NCBI GenBank assembly: GCA_051294375.1
Contig: CM119263.1
Location: 4,759,737-4,823,736, forward strand
DNA: 64,000 nt
Source: Paraspadella gotoi
Taxonomy: Eukaryota; Animalia; Chaetognatha
Reading direction: 5' to 3'
Part shown: positions 1 to 10,491 of the stretch, piece by piece
Layout of the letters: the number at the start of each line of letters is the position of its first letter
How positions within the stretch are numbered: the first letter of the stretch is position 1
Translations under genes and position numbers: made by a program
The notes under the pieces: generated by a model
The model's database searches: none
What the model saw: only the letters and a program-made list of their open reading frames with translations
Told to the model about the DNA's origin: nothing

Positions 1-334
1 AATACTATTTCACAGTTGTTTCCAACTGATTCCATTGTTCTTTTGTTCTCTTTTTTACGCTTCGATTTTTCAGATTTTCCCGCGATTTTTTTTCTCTCAA
101 TCGTTCGTGCATTAAAATTTCCCGCCTTTGGCTTTTTCTCTTTTTTTTTATTCTTTTCTTTTTTCTATTTTCTTATCTTTTTTTTTATCTCTATACATCA
201 TTTTTCCTTTTTTTTCTTTTCTTCATTTTCCTTTCTTTCCTTTATTTCCATTCTTTTTTTCTCTCCTCTTCTCTTCAAAGCTCATGATTTTTGGTAAGAA
301 ACGCAACAATTTTCTGGATTCTAAATCCAACTAA

Positions 335-697
335 AATCATTTTTGCTTGGTTCATTTTTACCTGTAGACATTTTTTGCTTGGTTAATTTTCGTCTCAAGT
401 CATTTTTGCTTTCTCATTTACGCCAACATTACCTTTTGTTTAGTTTATTTACAACTGTAATTATTTTTGCTCTTTTCATTTTGACCAGGAGCAATTTTTG
501 ATGGTTTATCTTTACCGAAAAATCATTTTTACTTGTTTCGTTTTTATCTGGACTCATTTTTACTCATTTCTACCCGGAATTATTTTTCCTTGGTCCTTTT
601 AATTTCAATAATTACTGATTTCTTAATTTTAATTGGAATAATTTTGTGCTTGGTTCATTTTCATTTGGAATCATTTTTGCTTGGTTTAATTTCAACT
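335..697. repeat. Degenerate ~31-bp minisatellite, core AATCATTTTTGCTTGGTTCATTTT, about 11 units
   Basis: The core recurs near 336, 367, 398, 459, 490, 521, 578, 637 and 669, with short variable linkers. Confidence 0.8.
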
Positions 698-763
698 CCT
701 TGGTTGGGTAAATATAATAAGTACCATATTTCTTTTAAACGCTCATCTTTTAACAACTCAACA

Positions 764-767
<4 letters not shown>

Positions 768-857
<90 letters not shown>
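768..857. repeat. (CT)n microsatellite
   Basis: Perfect dinucleotide run. Confidence 0.97.
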
Positions 858-859
<2 letters not shown>

Positions 860-979
860 TCCTCATTATTCAAGACGTGCTCTTCCGCTGCGAATAAGGC
901 AACCAAACATAAACTCAAAAATGGTTTCCACAACAACAACATCAACAATAACATCAAAAGCAGCAGCATTAAAACTTAC

Positions 980-1081
980 CTATAGATTCTCCGCCTAAGC
1001 CATTTGTCAAATTTCCAATGTACACCGTACAGTTCGTTTCCGATGATTGTTTATAAACTTCGTCGAAATCTAGTTTTTTCC
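980..1081 (-). CDS. TIA1: TIA-1/TIAR-family RNA-binding protein, exon encoding the start of RRM3
   Basis: Minus strand: poly-T tract + CAG acceptor, 102-nt phase 1/1 exon, GTAAGT donor. Translates (G)KKLDFDEVYKQSSETNCTVYIGNLTNGLGGESI, matching TIA-1 [28 protein letters not shown]. TIA1 versus TIAL1 cannot be resolved. Confidence 0.92.
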
Positions 1082-2758
1082 CTGAAAAAAAAAAAAAAAA
1101 AACAAAGATGAGTAAAGAAACGAAGTTAATTTTCTCTTGTCTGTTTTTCCGTTTCTTTGTTTTAATAGATTAGAAGTTTTTTTAAATTTTATTTCTACTG
1201 CTTTAAATTTAGTTTCGTCTATTAATTCGGTCGATTCGCTTCTGCCATTTTTTCTCTTTTCTTTTTTTTTTTTTGTTCTTTTGTTTTGAATTATTTTGAT
1301 AATGGGGAATTTTTATTGCCGCCGCGTCGAAGTGTCTGAACGACGACGACGATGAGGACGACGACGAGGACTATGACGTCGACGATAGAATAACAACAAC
1401 AACAAAAAGCACTCCAGTTCCGCCTGAGAGTCTCCAACGACGACGACGAAGAAAATGACAGTAAAATTGAAGAGAACGAAGACGACGACGAAGANNNNNN
1501 NNNNGACGACCAACGACAAAAACACCGACGACGAGGGTAACGACTCTTCCTAAACCGACGTCTGATGTCAAAGGTAAAATAAAAAATGAAGGAAAAAAGA
1601 AAAAAANNNNNNNNNNNNNNNNNNNNNNNNNNNNNNNNNNNNNNNNNNNNNNNNNNNNNNNNNNNNNNNNNNNNNNNNNNNNNNNNNNNNNNNNNNNNNN
1701 NNNNNNNNNNNNNNNNNNNNNNNNNNNNNNNNNNNNNNNNNNNNNNNNNNNNNNNNNNNNNNNNNNNNNNNNNNNNNNNNNNNNNNNNNNNNNNNNNNNN
1801 NNNNNNNNNNNNNNNNNNNNNNNNNNNNNNNNNNNNNNNNACCCGACGCCGCCCGACGCCGCCCGTCGCTGCTCCACTGCCGCCCAAAGCCGTCAGACTC
1901 CATCCGACGTCGCCCGACTCTTCCCAACGCCGCGCGACGCCCCGCGACGCCGCCCGTCCCTGTTTAGGCGGCGCCCTTTTTATTTATCCTTTGTTTAATC
2001 CTTTATGTTTCGGCGCCGGTTTACGAGAATTCACCGCGAGAAGAATTTCAATGACAACNNNNNNNNNNNNNNNNNNNNNNNNNNNNNNNNNNNNNNNNNN
2101 NNNNNNNNNNNNNNNNNNNNNNNNNNNNNNNNNNNNNNNNNNNNNNNNNNNNNNNNNNNNNNNNNNNNNNNNNNNNNNNNNNNNNNNNNNNNNNNNNNNN
2201 NNNNNNNNNNNNNNNNNNNNNNNNATTGGGTGCGGGGAAAAATGTGAATGTGGTGGTAAGAATGGAAAACAATTTGAGAAGAGAAATGAAATGAAAAAAA
2301 GGGTTTACGCTACTGTTAAATGTAATTTATGATTATAAATATTATAAAATATTATAAAATATATAATATTATAAAATGACGACACTTTTTTATCTTTAAC
2401 TCATGAAATTTTTATTATCGAATTAATAAAAATTAACAAAAGAGTGTTATTGCTAAATTGCGAAGTTAAATAGATTGAGAGAGAAATCGTGTGAGAACAA
2501 AAGATATAAAGAAAGAGCTGGAGAGAGTGAGAGAGATAGAAAGAGAGAGATAGATAGAGAGATAGAGAGAGAGNNNNNNNNNNNNNNNNNNNNNNNNNNN
2601 NNNNNNNNNNNNNNNNNNNNNNNNNNNNNNNNNNNTCTCGCTCTGTCGCAAGGCGATATCCTAAAACATTTTTCTTTAACTTTTCTCCTTTGATAGAACG
2701 AATACATTCAATGCACGAGTCGGACCCATATTCGCTATTAAGTCTCCGACGATGATTC

Positions 2759-2759
<1 letters not shown>

Positions 2760-2809
<50 letters not shown>
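2760..2809. repeat. (GAC)n microsatellite
   Basis: Perfect trinucleotide run. Confidence 0.95.
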
Positions 2810-2904
2810 TATTCGGTTCGCATAAACGTCGACGCGGTAACCGAATAAACGTTTCGAGTCAAGATTCTCAGGTGGTGACTTGTGCCGACATTTCCATCTG
2901 GCAT

Positions 2905-3080
2905 CAACAAGGTTGACATTGCAGGTGGCGTGTCGTTGCCTCAATGAAGTTGATATTGCAATTGGCGTCTTTTGCCAGGATTGAGGTTGACATGGATGGT
3001 GTCTTTGTCAACAATGAGGTTGATATTGCAATAGGCCTTTCTTGCCAACTTTCATGACAAGGATTTCATTGCAGGTGGCA
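2905..3080. repeat. Degenerate 30-36-bp tandem repeat (AATGAGGTTGATATTGCAATTGGCGTCTTTG-like), about 5 units
   Basis: GGTTGA(C/T)AT(T)GCA...GG(C/T)GTC recurs near 2911, 2948, 2986, 3018 and 3066. Confidence 0.7.
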
Positions 3081-3549
3081 ACGATCGTTAACGACGTGAA
3101 CAATGTCGTTCTTCGTTCGTTCATTCGGTCTTCTATTCGTTCCTTCCCTCTTCTGTTCGTTCCTTCCTTCTTCTGTTCGTTCCTTACTTCATTCAGTCCT
3201 CTCGTTCGTTCGTTCATTCCATCATTCTCTCAATGGTCTGTTCGATTCATTCAGGGTTCTTGTAAGGAACGGACCGATAGATGGATTTTCTATATTATTA
3301 ATTTAAATTTAAATATTCAAAAGAATAAAATTTCGTGCCATTGTTTGATTTTTTTTTCTCTCCTTAACGTGGAGCCCAAAAAACAAACAGAAATGAGAGA
3401 AAAACAAGAAAATGTATTGACAAGCGGAAAAACAACAACAACGACGACAAAAAGAAAACAACGATAAGACAACAAAGCGAGAAATGAAAACAGTGGAGGA
3501 AAGGAAAAAAAACAGTGTCGTACAACATTGGGTGGGGTTGGAAGAAAGA

Positions 3550-3660
<111 letters not shown>

Positions 3661-3914
3661 GAGAGAGAGAAAGAAAAGATAACTTAAACGATAACGGAAC
3701 GACGACAAAAGCGTGAATCGACAACAACAATAACAATAACAACAACAACGGCACAAAAAAAANNNNNNNNNNNNNNNNNNNNNNNNNNNNNNNNNNNNNN
3801 NNNNNNNNNNNNNNNNNNNNNNNNNNNNNNNNNNNNNNNNNNNNNNNNNNNNNNNNNNNNNNNNNNNNNNNNNNNNNNNNNNNNNNNNNNNNNNNNNNNN
3901 NNNNNNNNNNNNNN

Positions 3915-4009
3915 CCCGCGCCGCTGTAAATGGAAAAGGTGTGCGGCAGCTTCATCGCCTGGTTTCGCGGCTGCTGCGGGTTTTTCTGTCGCCGCTTTTC
4001 CTGCTGCCG
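3915..4009 (-). CDS. Probable TIA-1 RRM2-RRM3 linker exon (Ala/Lys/Pro-rich); 3' end lost in the N gap
   Basis: Pyrimidine-rich CTCCAG acceptor at 4010-4015 (minus). The phase-1 frame is open, (A)AAGKAATEKPAAAAKPGDEAAAHLF..., and is in phase with the upstream exon ending ...RKPQPP+G. The donor is not visible. Confidence 0.5.
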
Positions 4010-4243
4010 CTGGAGTCGAGGGAAAATTCCTCAGCAAAAATTTGGAATGGAAACGAAAAAAAATTAAGTGGAACAAAATTCAACTTAATTTAGAAAAATA
4101 ATAGAAAGAAAAGAATGAATAACTAAGATAGAATGAATAAAATGATTGATAAAATGGCAAATAAATAAAATGAAAAGATAACTTGATAGATAAATGAAAA
4201 AACAAATAAAGAAAGAAAGAAAAAAAAGAAAGAAAGAAAAAAA

Positions 4244-4245
<2 letters not shown>

Positions 4246-4339
<94 letters not shown>

Positions 4340-4340
4340 A
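4246..4340. repeat. (AAAG)n microsatellite
   Basis: Tetranucleotide run. Confidence 0.95.
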
Positions 4341-5259
4341 CCCATTTGAGATCTCAAATATTTTAAATGTCTTGCTCCCGCTTCATCCTCTCTCTCTCAA
4401 CTCTCACTGCTCTCTCTCTCATCTCTCTCGACGATCATCTCTATCTCGTCATCTCTTCTCTCGTCTCTTCTCTCAGTCTCTCCTGTCTTTTCCGAAACGT
4501 GTGCCCTCCTCTGACCTTGTTTCTCTCGTAAACTTTTCGTCGAAGAGATAAAAAATCGATAAAAGATACAAAAAAAGCAAAAGGTAAAACGACGAAGAAA
4601 GCAATGAAAGCAGAAGAGCGAAAAAAGTGGAGAGGCTCAAAAAGAAACAACAACGCCGTCCACAAGGGGAACCACAATTCCTCCAACAGCAAACAGATAC
4701 CACATGCTTTCCTCCCGACTACCACTGCTTAACAATTAAAGTGGAGAAACGACTCGCACTATAGAGTTATCCACAATTTTCCCCACAGTTTCACTCACTA
4801 TTTTGCCCACAACTCATACCACAACCCCATGGTGGCCACGCGCATATCTACAGCCCCCTTTGCTACTTTCGCCACTGCCCACTCTGGCTGGGAAAGTCGC
4901 CTGATTTTCGTCTTATTAATAGATCTGAGTGAAATTATTTTAAAGGTAAGAAAAACTTTCCTTTAGAACAACTTGTTGTCTCTATTGAGTTTAGGCAACG
5001 ACTAAGAATCCTTGAGCCACAGACGCGTCTTTTTCAACGCCACCACAAGCCCCCCCCCCAGAACATTTAGAGCACCCGAGCAGACATTCTCTCTTCTCAG
5101 TCCATCGTTCAAGTCTCTCCCTCTCTCTCTCTCTCTTTTCCCTTCGCCTTCTTCTTTCCGGAAATTCTGAAAAATAGTTTCGTTGTTACGGACTTCGAAT
5201 GCGTATGCACAAAACGCCCATGTAGAGGCTCGCTCACCCAGAGAGAGTATAAGAGAAAG

Positions 5260-5700
5260 AGTAAAGGGAGAGGTTGACGACAATACGCAGGTTGAGAGAG
5301 AGAAGGAGAGAGAGAGAGAGAGAGAAGACAAGAGAACGAGAGAGAGAAGTAGAAGAGAGAGGGCTATGTGAGAGAGAGCATCAGAGTAAAATGTCGGAGA
5401 GTTGGAGGACAAGAGCGCAGGTTGAGAGAGAGAAAGACGAGAGAGAGAGCAGAAGAGAAGGATGAGATGAGAGTAAGGGAGAGGTTGGAAACAAACGCAG
5501 GGTGAGAGAGAGAGAGAGAGACGAAGAGAGAGAGAAGAGAGTAAGGGAAGAGTTGGAGTGACAAACGCGACGTGTGGAGCAGCACATGAGAAGACGAAGA
5601 TATGAGAAGAGAGAGAGGTAAAGGCGAGAGTTGGAGACGAAACGCTTCGAGTGTGAGTGCAGTTAATTGTAGGCATGAATTCATCGCAGGTTGAGAGAAG
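5260..5700. repeat. Compound repeat: core GAGTAAGGGAGAGGTTGGAGACAAACGCAGGTTG separated by (AG)n, 5-6 noisy units
   Basis: Core variants near 5260, 5385, 5470, 5540 and 5617, with a partial unit at 5685. Confidence 0.65.
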
Positions 5701-5856
5701 AGGAGAAAGAAATTTAGAAGGAGAGCCAGGAGAGAGAGAGAGGGAGAGAAGAAGAGAGAGAGAGAGAGAGCATGAAACTGGGCAGAGACTAGTAAGAAGA
5801 GAAAGGAGAGAGAGGTAAATGAGAGTGAGAGAGAGAAGAGGAGAGAGAGTCAAGAC

Positions 5857-5897
<41 letters not shown>

Positions 5898-5920
5898 TCA
5901 GAGAAGAGAGAGAGAGAGAG

Positions 5921-8550
5921 AATCGCCCCAGCTTCAAATTGTGGCGAAGGCCTGGTGTTCTAGGCATTTATTTTCGCAGATGGGACAAGAAATGTCGTTT
6001 CCGTCCAGCAATCAGATCACCAAGTAAAACTGTTTTTGTTGTTTTGTTGTTGATGCACAAGTCCGATGATGTTGTTTTTATTGTTGATGTTGTTGTTGTA
6101 AAAAGTGGTTGTACATCATCAAGTTATTGGTGAGTATACTTTCGAAAAATAAAGCACTCGACTAAAATGAATCATAATTTTGTCTACGTATATAATTGAC
6201 GATTGGAAATCAAAATATTAGTCTGCGCCATGCATCCTTTCATCTATCGCGCCTTTTACATTATCTGAACCCTCTTCTCAACACACTCTCCCTTTTTAGT
6301 TGCGCCCGCGAGGCACTCAATAAATATAGTCACTCAGCTTTTTGGTCGGATCCGCATCGGTCTGTCTCGCCTTACTTTCCTATAGTTGCTTCATTCTCAG
6401 TGCCGCCATGATCAGTTAAAATCCTAAAATTTATATAACAAATCGAAATTCCCCATTCCAGTGGCGGTGTATAAGCGGGCTAAGAGGTTATGTAGTCCCA
6501 TATAGCCCCATAGCTCATGTATATTGTCACGTAACATCCATATGATCACAGGGAAACCAACACAAGAAAACAAGACGCGCGTGGCAACACAATTGATGAA
6601 CCCGATTTGTTTTTTCTTATTTTTCCCCTTCCCCCGCCTCCAGCCTCGCTCAAAAATAGCACATATCATGGCCATATTTTTTTCTTTTCTTTTCAGCTCT
6701 ACTTAATTTTCTTTCTTCCCTTCTACGTTCTTTCTTATTAATAATTTCAGTTCCGCTATCTATTTCAATATATTATTTCAAGTAATAATATGATTATAAT
6801 TTAGTCTGTTTGCAGTACTTCATTTCCTTTATTTTTTTCTTTTCTCCCGTTCTCTTTCCCCTCTTTTTTGTGGGGGCAGTCGCTCGACTTTATATCAGGG
6901 CGAAGGATTGCTAAGCGGGCCAGGGTTAATGCCGTCTGCGAATTCAGAGCGAGGGGCCTGGTTTCTTTTCCTTCTTTTTTTTCTTCGCTCCCCGTAACGC
7001 GCCGGCGGCGACAACATTACGGCGCGCGCGGTCTCCCACCCCGCCTTGATGGAGGCGATCGGGGGGTTCGGCTCCACCTTCATAAACATCAAAAATTGTC
7101 TTCAACGAAAGCTTGTCTTTTTTTTAAGAGAGAGAGAGAGCAGAGGAGAGGAGAGAGACAGGACAACTTTTTTGTTCTCTTTTGTAACAAAAATAGGGTG
7201 AACCTTTTGAAGAATTTGAAAAAAAAAAGTAAACAACAGATAGTTTAAATGGTTGATATTATCGATAGCTTTTTTTTTAATAGTTTCTTTCAATTATGCA
7301 AACTAATAACATTAAAATTGAATTTAGANNNNNNNNNNNNNNNNNNNNNNNNNGAGAGAGAGAGAGATCCCAGCTTCAATTGTGGCGAAGCCTGGTGTTC
7401 TATTTTATTTGCGATGGACAGAAATGTCGTTTCCGTCACAATCAATCCCACGTAACTGTTTTTGTTGTTGTTGTTGTTGATGCAGTCGATGTTGTTGTTT
7501 TATTGTTGATTTTGTTGTTGTAGTGGTTGTCGTTGTTTTGGTTTTCTTCGAAAAATAATCGACTATGAATCATATTTGTCTACTTTTTGCGATTGAAATC
7601 AAAATTGTTGCCTCATCTTCTCTTTGCCCCTTCTATTTTTGACCCTCTTCTCAACCCTTCCTTTTTAGTTGCGCCGAGAGGATTCGCGGAGCAACTCTAT
7701 AAGTCACTTTTCGGTCGGTCCGTCGGTCTGTCTCCCTTACTTTCCTATACTTGCTTTCTCAATGCCGCCTTCAGTAAATCCTAAATTTATATACAGAATA
7801 AAATACGGAATTCCGATGCTGTGCGTGTCATAAATACACGGGGTAAGAAGGTTATTGTAGTCATATAGCCATTTCATGTTATGTCATGTACTCAAATGAT
7901 CACAGGGAAATACACAAGAAAATTAAGTCACTGCGGAGCAACACATTGGATAAACCGATGTTGTTTTTCTTTTTTTCCTCGTCCATTTTTTTCCATTTTT
8001 TTCTCTTTTATTTCCCTTTATTTCTCCCCCCCTTTTTTGTGGCCTCCTTTTATATCAGGGCCGCGGAATCGGAAGGCCTGTTCCCGGCGCCATTCGCGCG
8101 TCTCCACCGCCTGATTGAGGTCGGGGGTTTCGCTTCCACCTCATAAACATCAATTGTCTCGACGAAGCTGCTCTTTTTTTTNNNNNNNNNNNNNNNNNNN
8201 NNNNNNNNNNNNNNNNNNNNNNNNNNNNNNNNNNNNNNNNNNNNNNNNNNNNNNNNNNNNNNNNNNNNNNNNNNNNNNNNNNNNNNNNNNNNNNNNNNNN
8301 NNNNNNNNNNNNNNNNNNNNNNNNNNNNNNNNNNNNNNNNNNNNNNNNNNNNNNNNNNNNNGAGAGAGAGAGAGAGAGAGAGAGAGAGACAACTTTTTTT
8401 GTTTCTCTTTTTGTAACAAAATACAGGGTGAACCTTTTGAAAAAAAAAGTCAACACGAGATAGTTTAATGTTGATATTTCGATAATTTTTTTTTTTTATA
8501 GTTATTCTTCAAAAAATTTGTTGCAAACTATACATTAAAATTGAATTTAA
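5921..8550. repeat. Tandem direct duplication, 5921-7328 versus 7365-8550
   Basis: Both copies start CAGCTTCAA(A)TTGTGGCGAAG(G)CCTGGTGTTC and end ...ACATTAAAATTGAATTTA. They are separated by a 25-N gap at 7329-7353, and the first copy is insertion-rich. Confidence 0.9.
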
Positions 8551-9239
8551 AGAACTGGTCTTGATTTTTCTAAAGAAAGAAACTTTAAACAATTTATATC
8601 TCATTTTTTAAATATTTTTTACTATTTTTTATCGTTCGATTGATTTATTTTCGTTTAAAATTTTAAAAAATGAAAAAGTTATTACTATTATATTAAGTTA
8701 TTTTAGATATATTAGATATCACAAAAAAACGTACGAGGCTCTTTGTATCACTTCACCGGGTATTTCCCCAATAGAGCGGTTGTTGTTATTGTTGTCGTCG
8801 TCGTTGTTGTCGTTGTTGTTTTGTTTTCTTCAACTCGACCCCGAAATCGACGTTGATCCAATCACAGCCTTTTTCTCTTCAACTTCAATTCATCTTCCTC
8901 CATCCACACATGTCCCCTCTTTCTCTCTCTCTCTCTCTCGTGCTCCTCTGCTCGTCTCTGACGTCTCTCTCTCGCTGCGTCGTCGTCTCTGCTCGTCTCT
9001 CTCGTCTCTTCTCTCTCTCTCTCTCCTCCCCGCCTCGCTCTCTCGGACCGCTCACCTCCCCTCTCCTCCCCACACGCTATCCTCTCCTCCGGCCCCATCG
9101 CGGTCCTCTCGCCCCCGTTCCTCTCCCTCTCCCTCTCCGGCCCTCTCTTCTCTCCCTCCTCCGTCACGGCTCTCTGCGTCTCTCTGCTCTCTTTCTCACT
9201 CTATTTTTTTATGTTTTAATTTGCTTAGAGTCGCAGGAG

Positions 9240-10116
9240 AGCGCACGCGAATCCGACCGCCCGCCCCAAAGAAAAATTGTAGAGGCTCTGTAACAATTCT
9301 AGAGTCCTGGACCTTTTATAGTGCAGTACTTTCATTAAGTTAATTCAATACGACAACACAAAAATAGGAGATTCATCAAAACAGATCAGAACTGAATCCG
9401 GACGAGAAAGAGTCAAGATATAAACGCAATTTTATGCATTAAATTTTTTTTTCTTCTTCTATTGTTTGTGAGGTTAAGGACCGATTTTTAACTTTTCATC
9501 TCTGCATCGAGAAAAGGGTCCCGTGTTTGTGTGAATACTATTCTTTCTTTCGTGTCGCTCGTGCTGCCAACCAATCAACCCTAGACTAGCTGTTCGCGCG
9601 CTGCGACGTAGCGCCAACTCAGCGCCGCCTTAGTCGCCGGCCGCTGCTGCTGCCGGTGGCCCGTACGACGCCGCCCCATCTTTAAAAAAATTCCCCGATC
9701 AATCTCGTAAAAAAAGATTGAATATGAAAAAAAAAACATTGAGAATGAGAGAAGAAAAGAAAGAGAAGGAAGAGAAAGAGGAGAGAGAGGGAGAGAGAAG
9801 AGAGGGAGAGAGAGGAGAGAGAGTGAGAGGAAAGAAAACATGGGGCGGGAGCATAAAGGCGGAAGAGGGAGTGAAAAGCAGATCATCGGAAAAGGAGGCG
9901 GAAGAATTCACGCCCTTCTTTCGAAAATTCGCTTCTTTTTTTTGTTTCAAAAGAAGAAATTTAGGAAAGAGGTTGCTGAACAGAGGAGGTTTTACAGATG
10001 GGATTTCCTAATATAGAGAAGTTGAGAGAGAGAAGAATAGAGAGAGAGAGAAAGGAGAGAAGAAGAGAGAGAGAGAGGAGAGGGAGTAGAGAGAGGAGAG
10101 GAGAAGAGAGAGAGAG

Positions 10117-10148
<32 letters not shown>

Positions 10149-10448
10149 GAGATGAGAGAGAGAGAGAGAGAGAGAGGTTGAGAAAATTATAAGGAAAATC
10201 ATCTATAAAAGGTGTGAAATATTTTTAAGTATTGTGGAATCTATGAAAACTACAGAAACATTGTAAGGAATTCAATAATTTAATAATTTACAAGCAGCAT
10301 AACAATATGAAAAAAAAAATTTAAAAGTAATTTGTGATCAAGGTAAAAAACAATAGGGGGGGCGGAAAGGAAAATAGTGAAAATGATTTGGGGGTGAGAA
10401 CAGTGAAAGAAAAGAGAATGAGGAGAGAGGAGAGAGAGAGAGAGAGAG

Positions 10449-10491
<43 letters not shown>

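Noticed and set aside
335-697. CRISPR-like repeat/spacer appearance
   Set aside because: The linkers are only ~7 nt, the repeats are degenerate, the context is a eukaryotic intron and there are no cas genes.
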